DNA of 64,000 bases from Paragordius varius (lineage: Eukaryota; Animalia; Nematomorpha), in NCBI GenBank assembly GCA_964247055.1, contig OZ176053.1:7440001-7504000 (forward strand). Direction: 5' to 3'. Positions within the stretch are counted from its first letter, which is position 1, and each line of letters begins with the position of its first letter. The position numbers and the translations under genes are program-made. The notes below the pieces were generated by a model. That model was given only the letters and a program-made list of their open reading frames with translations, was not told the DNA's origin and did not search any database. Positions 25,818 through 38,213 of this stretch are shown here, in pieces.

Positions 25818-27399
25818 TGTCTTTTGGAAATAATATCTTGGGTTCTATTGTCTGCTGGTTAAAATCATTGTTGTTCTTTCTCGTTACTTATTAACAACTC
25901 AATAATTAACAAACGCTCTCTGCTCATACAAAAAAACAAATCAAAATATCCCTCATAAAGCGCAGGTTATGATTTGTATTTCTTTCTTTCTTTCATCTAT
26001 AATAAGATCAATTAAAAAATAATTATAACATAAAAATATGAAAAAATTTGCAATTCTAAAAAAGTAGAAAAATTTTAGCGGGTTTCTTCCATTCTTACGG
26101 TATTTACAATCGGTTTACCAATAGTTAGGGGTTCCCGTATCGTTGACTTTGTCCACTTAATTCCTTTAAATAATAAGAACAAAGCATCAAAATATTTATT
26201 TATATTAAAGCTTAACATTTTTGGAAGGGTATGTTTTATTAATATTTAGAAAATCAGAAATGACCTATGGTATTTTACTTTGTAGCTAAGTATACATATG
26301 TTTTGCATTTCGATTGTGTTATGTTCCATATCTTAAAATCATACATTGAAAAAACAAAACTAATGGTTAAATTTTTTTAATTTTTTAATTTAGTATCCCA
26401 ATAAAGCAAATATGGTTCAAACAAGGTAAAATTTGTCTGATAATATGAATATCTGTATTTACACAAGCCTGAGTAAGGTAACATTTTCAGACCGGTGTCA
26501 ATCCTTTTGGATTTGATTGCTAGAAGATAATTTGGCCATTTAATTGCTCTTCACCGGCATTGCTTTAAAAATATTTTTAGGAAAATATTTTCACATGGGC
26601 AAGGGAATTGTGAGGCTAATTTAAAAATAGCTCTTTCACTCAGAGCGCATTTGCAAAACAATAAATTTGTGAAATTTGAATAGGCTTCAATGTTTTCCGG
26701 TTAATCGCTACAAAGCAAATAATTGTCTAAAACTCCTATTTTTCGTGAGGCTGGTGCTAAACTGGTAGGCTGAATTTTCGGGGCATTCGTAAAAAAATCA
26801 AGAATTAAATTTGTTTGAATCTGCATGTTTTTCTATAACTTCAAACTCAGAATTTTCAGAGCTTAAATTTTCTAAAAACATCCATTTTGACACGGGGCAT
26901 TGAGGGGCTGATTCTAAAAATAGAAATCGTCCCTCAGTGGATTAACAAATGAAAAAATGGTACTTTGGATTTCAAGCAGCATACACATTTCCCGCAAAGT
27001 TATCTCAAAGCCCATAATCTTTATAAATAGAGACATAGAATCGGGGGAGAAATATCCATCCAACGGTCGACTCCGTGACCGCGAATTTTCAAAACGTGAC
27101 CGCCTGAAAATTTTTAAAAAAAATGTAATTTTTGCATAATTTTTGTTTTCATAATATATATTTATTTATTTTTATTTTGTTTTTGTAAAATTTATTGTTA
27201 ACAAAAATTTATATACTAAGTTAGTATGTTATTTTATAGATTTATATAATCATATGTATTTTATTCGAACTTTATTTGTGATTTTCTTAGAAAATAGTTG
27301 AAATTTAGCAAAAAAACAGAAGCAGATATCCTTTAAATTTTGGTATGATTAAAAATTCCAACCAGAAAAATGTTAAAATATATCGTTATATAAAAGAAT

Positions 27400-28010
27400 G
27401 GGAAGAAGATTATTATTTAATGAATAACACTGCTCAACAAGGTTTTGCACCACCCCATTTTTTGCATTTTCTGATACCTAATGGCATGTAAAGGCCAAAA
27501 CAAAAAAAATTTTTGAGGCCACCAATAGAATTTTTCCAAAATTAAATTTTTAAATTTGTATTGAATTTAATAATAACAATCATTCCTCGTGTACATGTTT
27601 AAATATTCAAACGAGCAAGTCGATACAACTAATATTCCATAGCCAGGTATTTCCATTATAATTCTAGTACGAAAATGCAAAAATAATCCAAATAAATTTT
27701 GCATCTGTTGTGGTAAATATATATTTTGGTAAAATAACTTGCGGAATATCGATGTTAATACTGGAAAACTTTTTACAAAGAGGATTATAAAATTAGCTCA
27801 AGAGCTTGTAGAAAGTTATCATCGGATGGGCATATTATTTTATAAAATGACAATGAAGCTACACATAGTAGATGAACATATTGAAAAATTCCCGCTCAAT
27901 AACATTTGCGATGAAGTAGGCGAGCGAATGCACCAGGATAAAAAAGATTTGAAGCAAGATACAACGCGCGAAACAATATTAACATGATTTCTGATTTTAT
28001 CTGGAATTTT
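27400..28010 (+). pseudogene. Degenerate DNA-transposase remnant (Chapaev/CMC-like, tentative)
   Basis: KLHIVDEHIEKFP..CDEVGERMHQD, followed in another frame by MISDFIW. This resembles the recalled KLH.L.SHLDFFP..SDE.GERFHQD..MLADYCW transposase motif. Confidence 0.45.
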
Positions 28011-29149
28011 ACTGCTACATAATTATTATTTTAAATATATACAATAAATAAATATTCATTTTATTGAATATATTAATTAAAAATTTGTAGTTAAAAAGAA
28101 AATGTATATATTGAGAATAATTTTAATATCTATTTATACAATTTTTTGAGGAAGTACTACAAAGATATACGATTAAATGAATATATAGACTATAATCAAC
28201 ACTAAAATTTGTACAAAAAATTTATTTGCATGAATAACAAAATTCTAGGCATTAAATAAGATACTAAACAAGCTAAGAGCCATAGTATTAAAAATCTAAA
28301 GGGGCTTATATATAGTGATAGATCCGGGCGGCTGCACAAGCTCTACATATCCCCCAAGCGATCCTATAATTATGCCAGATATGGCAAAGATAACAATAAG
28401 TAATCGTAAAGCCCGATAAGAGATACTTGCAAGCAAGATGGCAAATTGACATGTCAAATTAACCAATTCACAGAATAAAGTTTGATAAATTCTACAATTA
28501 AATCGAATAAAAAGATTAGGTAAATACAAATGGTCCAATCCCATAACAGTACATTCTACTAAAAGTGGCTCCACAACATCCATCTGAAATTCAAATACAG
28601 AACAACCAATAAATTTAAAAAATAAGTATATTCACTAGGTATAAATAAAGAATTTTTTGTAAGAATCAACTCAAAAAAAAAACTAATAAATACTCGAAAG
28701 AACGAAAAATACCAAAAAAATATAGCCTATCTGAAAGCCGAAGGTTTAAACCATAGAATGCCTCTTTTAGTATTTTTTTGATATATATTTATAGGTGTTT
28801 AAAATTAACTTGAAAAAAAAGACGGAATTTTGACGTTTAAGTCGGTACTATTTTTTTCTCTTTGATATTTAAATGACATATTTATATTCAAAAGATAGAG
28901 TTTAAAACGCTTTATTAAATGATATAAAGTTTATAATTTATTATTATTTTATTATAAAGTTATATTTAATTTTCTCTCGATTTTCTCTTGTTTTTGAAAA
29001 ATTGAAAAACCTATAATATTTCAAAATTCTGATTGGTGGGATCAAAAATTTTTTCTGATTCAGTTTTAAAACACTGAAATTAGTCATATTCAAAATTTTG
29101 AGTGGTGGTGCTCAAAAATGTTCAAATTTATCGACTATTGTAATGATAC

Positions 29150-30446
29150 ATGTACTTGTTTGATATGCAACTTTACCGTGTTGCCTAAAAAAGAAATGTC
29201 CAAAGACATTTTATTACGCTTCACATGAGTTATATACAATTCAAATATTGGCAAATCAAACATCAAGTTATTGAAATAATAATTAACTGCTCGGAAACAC
29301 TGCATGGTGAAATGCAGGAAAAATAAAAAAAATCCATAATTGCAACTTACAAAATATCAAAAATCCTAATAAAATAAATCCTTGCAGGACAATTTCGAAA
29401 GAAGCTTTTATTAAAGCGGAAGTGCCGTTTGATTATAAATAAAAAAAACATGGAAAAAGCTTAGCTTTACCTAGAAACAAAATTATGCGGAGAGGTGATG
29501 ATCTTAATCAGAATCTTACGGAAATCATACATGAAAATATTAATATATTTTTTTCGCTTTGACGAATCCGATTACGTTGTGAGCAATTATGCGTTTTTAT
29601 TCGCATGGTCTTCCGTGACATGTCAGCAACAGAGGCGTTATCTATCATACCTCAGCAAGAACACCAAAGGTCAGGATATATTTAATTCATTTAATTTGAT
29701 TAACAAATTAACCGATTTCAAAGCTTGTATCCATAACGACCGACGGAGCTCCAGCGAAGATTGGAGTAAATAATGGGTTCGTGACTCTTTGCAAATTTCA
29801 TGATAATTTTCTAGATTTTCTGGTTTATTGCATAATATTCAGGGTTTATGTTTCAAAATATTAAATTTAAGCACATATGGTTGTATGCTTCAAATTAGTA
29901 AATTTCATTGGATCGAATTTTTTTTAAATTGATATATTTGTAGTAAAAATTGTACTTTCCAAAAATGCAGCACGACTTAACCATCTTACATCTGTATTTG
30001 CTATTTACTACGTACATACCAATTCCTTTTAATTAAATTTAAAACTGCGGCGCGACACTCTTTTCGATTTGATGGAATTTACTATCAAGTATATGCCTAT
30101 TTAAGCCTTGTATACAGTAATACATAAAATCTGGTAAATTATAAAGATCATTTTCTAGAGTTTATATCCATTTTTACTTTTATCATCTAAAATCAAAGAT
30201 GTATAGTTATTTATTCATTGTAAATTTATAAAATTGAACAATGTAATGTTTTGTAGTGATTGTGGCAACCAGAGGTCTGAATCAACATTATTTATGTATT
30301 TTGATAAAATTAAGATTGTTTATCAAAATAACTACCCAAAAATATCATTTTTCGTAATATTCATTTTAAAATAGCCTGTGCTAGTTACCCCAATGCGTAT
30401 TTTCTTCCAAAAAAGTAACCCGCGGGAAAAAGGTTGGCCACCCCTG
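29150..30446 (+). mobile_element. Degenerate hAT (Buster/GTF2IRD2-like) transposon remnant
   Basis: Fragments CLICN, SLALPRNKIMRR, KNTKGQDIFN and LVSITTDGAPAKIGVNNGFV in shifting frames. A hAT-type terminal GTTGGCCACCCCTG ends at 30446. Confidence 0.7.
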
Positions 30447-30698
30447 ATTACATTCTAATATTAAAATGCATATTTCACATCGAAAAATTGTTTAAATATA
30501 ATTGAAGTTTTTACCATTTTAATTTACCAAAATACCAAAAAATACGCTTAAACATCTATATATTTATAAAAATGGAAAATGCTGGCTTTGTGATCTGTCT
30601 CCGGAAAACCGGTAAACCCATTCAAAGCCAAATATCAAAAAGATATAATCATTGATAAATGCCCCGACAATAGCTTAGCCCTTTTTTGAATTAGGCCC

Positions 30699-32150
30699 TG
30701 TTATCTTGTAAAGATGAGGAATAATATAAGAAATGTGAAATGAATTTATTCGGTTTTTTAGGGTTTATATATACTAATTTTAGTTGTACATAATTTGCAT
30801 TATATCAATAAAATTTCAAGTAACAAAGGATATAATATTTACATAGTACACAAATAATATAGAAAATAATACAATTCAAATAACGGTGAAAGTTATGATA
30901 TACAACCAAGGTATGTATTTCACATTTGCATGTAACACAGAAAATTATGATATAAAAACAAAGTATATCTTTCAGATTTGAATAACATGACTTCCCCCTT
31001 AGGAGAACCGGACCGGCTTCCGCCGAATTCTCTCGGGGTAACGGCGCTCGTGCGGATTTTCATTGATATTGTCATTATTGCTATTGTTATTATTATCAAT
31101 AATGTTACCATTAATATTACTGTTATTGTCGTGATCACTATCATTACTATTGTTTGAGTGACCGGTGTCGTGGGTGTGTCGACGAATCTTAGTTTGATAG
31201 ATAACACCCCATGTTATGTGGGTCGACGTGTTTCATTTGATCTATGCCTCACGCCACCCTAGACCATTTCTTTTAAACTGGTCCAGGCGCACTGAAATAC
31301 TATCGGCGCTGTAAGGAATCTGAACAGTGTACTTTTGTAACTGGAACATCCTCTTAGCGTTGAAATCGTCGAGGGTGTAGCTTTAGCTCGGCCTGGGGAG
31401 GTAGGCGTCTTAGCGATCAATCTTATTACAAGCTTGTCCGCGCCAATCTAACTTACCCATCCATCAATGTTGAATGATGTGGGAGTCCTCCCCAGCCATT
31501 TGTTGATAATGATTCCAAAGTCGCTATAGATTCTTAGCCCGTTCACTTTCAGTGCGCTGGGGGTTGGGTTTTCCGCATTTGCAATTGCGGCAGGCGGGAC
31601 TTTTGCTTGGCACATGAACACTCCCCTCCCTTGCGCGAATGTGTCAGATGTTTTGATTGTTGTGATCGATTAACATTATTACCATTACTATAATTGGTAT
31701 TATCATTATATTTTTTTGATGGACATGTTGGTGATATTGGCAATTGACATTGTCATGGTTGTTGCATTTTGGACTCTTCCATCCGAGTTTGGAACTCGGT
31801 GGAGCTCCACTGTTATGTAGGATTAGTTGTTAGATTAGTTTGGATTCGCTTGGCTACCAAATGTTAACTTGAAGGTGAGATGATAATAAAAGAAATGTGA
31901 AATGAATTTATTCGGTTTTTTTAGGGTTTATATATACTAATTTTAGTTGTACATAATTTGCATTATATCAATAAAATTTCAAGTAACAAAGGATATAATA
32001 TTTACATAGTACACAAATAATATAGAAAATAATACAATTCAAATAACGGTGAAAGTTATGATATACAACCAAGGTATGTATTTCACATTTGCATGTAACA
32101 CAGAATATTATGATATAAAAACAAAGTATATCTTTCAGATTTGCATAACA
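30699..32150 (-). mobile_element. Miniature non-autonomous Ty3/gypsy-type LTR retroelement (1452 bp)
   Basis: 289-bp LTRs at 30699-30987 and 31862-32150 (TG...CA), with 5-bp TSD GGCCC at 30694-30698 and 32151-32155. On the minus strand: PBS-like TGGTAGCCAAGCG 2 nt after the 5' LTR, PPT AAGGGGGAAG before the 3' LTR, and pol C-terminal motif RRYPERIRRKPVRFS*. Confidence 0.92.
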
Positions 32151-32645
32151 GGCCCCCAGTTCGGGCCCACCCCAACGGGTTTTTTTAAACAGAGGTCCAC
32201 AAAAATCGTGTCCTTGAGACAATTTTCCGGAGAGCGTGTTGGACCATTCAATTTCAAATATATTTTTTATTTAGTTATTTTCGATTGCGCCGAACATAGT
32301 CGTCTCGCTTTTTTAATTTAGGCCCTCTTTTTACCCGCTCCCCCCGTAAAATGCCATTTTTTTCAAAAAACAAAGTCCACAAAAATAATTTTTTGAATCT
32401 ATTTTCCCCCCAAGAATATATTAGTATGAATGTACCGTTTTGAAATTCCTATGAGATCATAGCTAACCAAAAAATTTTTATTAAGTAATACGAAAATTTT
32501 TTGATCTTTTGAATAAGACTCACTAATTACCATAAGAAGTCTGATGATTTTAGATTAAAAAATAAATATTTTATCAAAGATATTTTTGTGCGCACTCTCG
32601 TATACAGAACAATGTTAAAAATAATTTTTAATCAAAATTTTTTAA

Positions 32646-33131
32646 CACTTCATTACCTTTTCACTTTTTTTCTAAATGAATTTGGGGTAGTTTTGCATCC
32701 TAGAGCTAAATTTATAAATAAACTCTAGTTTTGAAAGTTATTTTAGTTAAAATTTAATTATCAACCATTGTTCTCATGTATAAAAAAGCTTGTATTTTTT
32801 AGAGTTTTGTGACTTCTAGAGTCCGGGACACCTCCAAAACACGATTGAAACGAACAGCTGAAATTAAAAATATGTCAATTTGTTGGTAAAATGTAGCCTG
32901 AAAGCTTTTAAAAGATAATTATTTACATTTTCTAACCATAAAATCGATTTTATAGCCTGTTGCATTAGCGATTAAAAATATTTATCGGAAAAAATGGCGG
33001 CAAAAAAGTTTTAAATAAAGATTTTTCAAAAATTTACCCCTAAGACTAAAGAAGGCATATATAAATTAGGCTTATAGCTTAACTTTTTATACAAATCGGT
33101 CTGAGATATAAAACCACCCCAATGTAGTGTG
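32646..33131. mobile_element. 486-bp TTAA-flanked MITE
   Basis: TTAA|CACTTCATTACC...GGGGTAGTTTTGCATC at the left and GATATAAAACCACCCCAATGTAGTGTG|TTAA at the right (inverted subterminal blocks). Confidence 0.65.
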
Positions 33132-33975
33132 TTAAAACGTTTCAGGTACTATAAAAAGGCTTTTTTATATAATTCAATGATCCTGACTATATCACCTTAG
33201 AATTTCGAATTAAATATTCGTTCCTCATTAAATTTATGCTAAATATGAATTATATGTTATAAAAAAATCGAGAAAAATTATAAAGCAAACGAACCTTTAA
33301 ATTAAAATTTTCGAGCGATAGAAATGTTCGTCATCATCAAATATATAAAAGAAGTGTTTTTACATCAACTCAAAGTGTTTTTATACCGTTTCCATCATGC
33401 CTAAAAATAGTAGAAAGTACGCTTCAACAAAATTTATCTCAAAATTAATTTTTGTAAGAAGTATGCATTTTTTAAAAAATATTTCTTTTATGTCATAATT
33501 TACTTAATAATTAAAATATTTATCGTAACCCGGGATTATTTTGTTTATAGAGAACTAGTCAATTATAGGGGAGAGAAAAGATTTACGACTTACAGCTCCT
33601 ATCTTAAAATTAAATAATTTTACAAATATTGCTTTTTATAGGTAGTTTATGATAGGTTTCAGCTATATTTTTTGGAAGGAAGCATTTAGATTTCATCAAA
33701 AAATATCATTTAAAAAAATGTGCGCAAATTTTGAAGCGTTTTCCACGCAAATAACATTCTTTTATCACCCGTAAGGCCCAAAATAAAAAGCACGATTCTT
33801 CTGATACGTTTCCTAACAGAATATATATATATATATATATCATCTGGTTATTTTTTTATGACTCCTGATTTCGGACGCAGTTTCAACATTCCTAAAATTT
33901 AGTGATATGCTAAATAAAGATTTTAGGGTAAAGCTAACGCTTTTTTTGAAAAGCTAGATGTAAAAATGTTTATAT

Positions 33976-36425
33976 CAGTGGTACTCACCAAAAAAATTTG
34001 ACGGGCCAAATAAAACATATTTTTTTTTCGAGGGCCATGAAGCTTATAATGGCAAATATTCCATAGCTATTTGACAACGCACATATTTATACTTTAAATC
34101 AGCACAATAAATTTTTTGCGGGTCGCATGTAAATCCAGCTAAAAATTCGTTTTGTACCATTTAGTTTTAAAAATTAAAATATATAGATAACAACATTTAT
34201 TTTAATATTAACCAATAATTTTTGACAAATTTGGTTTCGCCTCATGGCAGGCCATTCTTAATCCGTCGTCCATATGATCATTAGTTAAGCGATTTCTGTA
34301 AGTATTCTTAATATACTTCATTTTTGAATATGCCGTCTCACATGTGTAAGTTGATGGAAAAATAGTTAGGACAACTTGAGCACATTTTTTTATATTTTCA
34401 TATTTATTTGGCACAACTTGCCAAATTTCTACATATCTTTCTTATCTACGGTTTTCCTTAAATATAGCTTCCAAATTGGAATCATTTTTAAAATCAACGA
34501 ATTCTTCAATGATAACCGCCTGATCAAAACCGAAAAGCTCAAGTTGCTTAATGTTGGATATATCCATATGCCATGGATTTTCCACTAGCTTTAAGCAATT
34601 TTTTATATTTTTTAATTCTTGAAATCTGAATTTCATCTCATTAGATAAAAATGTTAAATGATTGTCTATTATTAAATTAATATCCGCGGTAAATTCCATA
34701 TTTTCTTTATGAATCGTTTTGAGTGTTGGAAAATGTAGGAGTGTTTTATCTATAAAATCTTGTTTATATATTATTAATTTTTCTTCAAAAGCAAATATAT
34801 GATTAGCAAATTGGGTTATTATTTTGCTCCCTTGAAGACTTGTATTAAAAGTACTAAGTTTATAAGTAATGTCGCAAAGGTAGGCTAATAAAACCCACCA
34901 TTTGTCACTATTAATTTCCTCGTCAAACTTTCTGTTATCTTTTATAAATAATAGAATTTCATGTCTTAAATCAAAAAATCTATTCAATACTTTGCTAAGG
35001 CTTGGCCATCTCACAGCGGTGTACAAAAGAATATCATCAAACTCACTGTGGATATCTTTCAGGAGGTTTTTGAATTTACGGTGATTGAATTCTCTGCCAC
35101 GGATGTAGTTAACTATATCCACAACCGTTTTAATTACTAAATTTAGTGATTCATCTTTTACACGCGAAACCAAGTTTTGCTGATGAATAAAGCAGTGAAA
35201 GGATAATAGATTTTGCAAATTATATTTGTTTTTTAAAAGAGAAATAAACCCTTTGTTTATTCCAATCATAGAGGGACAGCCATCTGTGCAGATCGAAACC
35301 AATTTTTTCATAGATATACCATTATTATCGAAAAAGGTGCTAATTACTTCAAGAAAATCACTGCCTTTTGTGGTATTATTCATTGGTAAAAATTTCAAAT
35401 ATTCCTCGTTGATTATGCTGTCGTTGCAAAATCTCACGAAGAGCGCACATTGAGGTGTTGAACTTATATCAGTGCTGGAATCGATTGCAATACTGAAGTA
35501 TTTGCAATTTTTCAGAGCCAATAATGTATTGTTAAAAATATATTTAGACATATCTTCAATGCGTCGAGCACATGTTGAATCAGAAAGTTGAAGTTTTTTA
35601 ATTTGTCTCATGATTTGATCTTTGTTATGGAATTTATCAAATAAAAAAGTGCAACCATTTATTAAACATTCTTTTATTAGTTGGGAATTAGTAAACGGTT
35701 TCATATTTTTTCCTAAAATATAGCATATTTCATACGAAGCTAATGTTACAGCTTTTTCCTGGGAAAAAGCTATGGCCATAATAGATTTTTCTTTCTCGTA
35801 TAATTCCTTAAAATTTTTATATTTTTCATTTCTTTCCTCAAGATTTTCTGGTAATTTATGAGAATGATGGATTTTAAAATGTCTTTCAATATTGAATTTT
35901 TTTATAATTATATTGTCCTTGCATATAAGGCAGGTAGCAACATTGTTATTTAAAACTACAAAAAAACTAGTTTCCCATTCTTTTTTAAAGGAGCGATTTT
36001 CATCGGATAATTTACGTTTTTTGGCATTAGATGTCATCCTTTGAATTTATGTTTAAATATTCTGTAAAAAAGATAGGAATATAAATTGAATTATGCTATA
36101 AAAAACAAGTTGAAATTTAATGATATTGAGTTGAAAATATTTTATGAGAATGAGTTTTAAAAATGATGCAGGATAATGAAATGTATGTGCAATGGGTGAA
36201 AACAAAAAAGAAATGCAATAAAAATTTCAAAAAGAAAAGAAGAAGAAACAACGTGTGCCCATAAATCATAAATTTTAAAATTATTTTAATGTAGAAAATT
36301 TTTCTACATTTCAAATTGGGTAAAAAATAAATATTATTTAAAAAAAATAAATATCAGTCATAGTGCATTTTTAAAGAGCACTTAAGGCCGCATGCGGCCC
36401 GCGGGCCGCGGTTTGAGTATCACTG
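33976..36425 (-). mobile_element. Full-length hAT (Buster-type) DNA transposon, 2450 bp
   Basis: TIRs CAGTGGTACTCA / CAGTGATACTCA and a perfect 8-bp TSD GTTTATAT (33968-33975, 36426-36433) with central TA. Subterminal GCGGCCCGCGGGCCGC. Confidence 0.95.
34208..36037 (-). pseudogene. hAT transposase (~609 codons) interrupted by one in-frame TAA at 34442-34444
   Basis: BED-like CLIC..HF..HH, DSSTD, ICTDGCPSM, FHCFIHQ and VRWPS. After the TAA the same frame continues into the dimerisation domain (IFPSTYTCETAYS..RNRLTNDH). Confidence 0.9.
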
Positions 36426-37204
36426 GTTTATATCATCATCGAAATATGTTAAGTTTAGATTTACAGCGTTTTTATACAGTATTACCATGCCTCATAACAG
36501 AATGAAGTGCGCTTCAACAAAATTCTATAAAAAATTAAATTTTACAAAGTATATATTTTTCAAAAACATAATCTAGCATGTATTTAACAATAGGGGAATA
36601 CTGACATTTTTGAGATTGTACTTGCATTTTTCTGGGGGGGCAAAGTTCACATCTAAAAATTTGATTATTTTCAAATATAGTTTATATTTTAATAAACGGC
36701 TGTCACTGAACCACCATTGACTGGTGTATGGAAGGGCAGCAAGGGACGTCTTTTGTGAACAGTGGCGACGTGGGTCTGCTACACGATACACCTTGATTTC
36801 TCTTGCATAATTCGAGATTTTACGATTTTTAAATATAGAGCAATCACCATAAAAGTCATGTTTTTTATATCACTTTTAAATATTATAATAGCACCAGGAT
36901 ATCCTGATTTAACTAAATTTATATAATCAGGGTTTTGTATAACCCCTGATTCTACAGTGTTAATAAAAATTATGATGCTAAGTTAATTGACTTATAATAC
37001 TGAAGACAAAAGGAGTAACTCATGTTTGTTAGTAAATTTTATCATTGTTTATACCTATCAATACCAATATACATGCTAAAAACTAAAATATAAACATTTT
37101 AAGGCCCAATTCATTGACATTAAATACCTTACAAGATGGGAAAATTACCAAATTTTTTAATTCAATTTTTTATCCCATACTATTCATGAATCTGATAATA
37201 TTAA

Positions 37205-37778
37205 CATTTGGATATAACACATTCATTTTAGTCCTTCGATTTAAATTGGGGTAGTTAAATACCCCAGGCCTGTTTAAAATTAAATTCTTTAAAAAATATG
37301 GAGGGAATTGAAACCATGGCAAAATCTTGCACTTATATAACATTAATACACCGAAATATATAAAAAAATTTATTCAAAAATACTTGATATAACTCATTTT
37401 GAGCTAAAACCGAAAGGTAAAAATTTAGTCAACGTGACATGGTGCAATGGTAAAATTGTAAATTAATACAAGTCAACGAGCTTTTTCTATTTCTATCAAT
37501 TTTAGATATAATTTAAATAAAAAATTAGCTTTAAATGTAACGTTAGAATCAAATAAATACGATATTTAGCAAAAATTTTGTAAAATAAAAATGGCGTCGA
37601 AGTAGTTTGACATGGAACTTTTTTTCAAAATAACATTTTATTGAGATATTTTAGCATATTTATGTAATTTTTATTAGGATAGAAGCAAGAATTTAAATTG
37701 GGACCGTTTCCTTCGGTAGTTTTTTAAAAATCCTAACTCAAATTTAGTCTGGATTTAGATACCCCAATTTGAGAAGTG
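37205..37778 (+). mobile_element. 574-bp TTAA-flanked MITE
   Basis: TTAA on both sides (37201-37204, 37779-37782). Colinear with 15590-16155. Confidence 0.8.
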
Positions 37779-38213
37779 TTAAAAATAAAAAATAATTTTT
37801 CTACGTCTAAACATTGACACGTGCTTATTTGTTCAATCAATCATATGTTATCTTTTGCTATGGGTGAATTCTTTTTCTAACAGGTTAAAATTTAATATTT
37901 TTTATAATATTTGTAATTGGTGTATTTGCTTCATATTATGTTTATTTATTTTTAGTAATTTCATCTTATTTTTTTTTTAAATTATTTGGGTATGTTTGTT
38001 TATCTTTGACCTTTGTAGTTATACTTTATTTTAACATAAGCGTTTGTATATAATCATAACACATTTACATTGTTTATCTAGGACGTGTCTTGCAATTTCC
38101 ACCATAATAGCTCTAAAACTTAACCCATAATTACATATTTGATAAACTTGCATTTATATCTCTTTTAATCCAACCTGATAATCATTGTTGTTATAGAAAA
38201 CGATTTTGCAATT

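Noticed and set aside
26500-26860. Slightly GC-richer stretch with a stop-interrupted minus-strand frame (..CALSERAIF..), sharing TGAGTGAAAGAGC with ~11758
   Set aside because: It may be a decayed transposase fragment, but the motif is too short to call a family.
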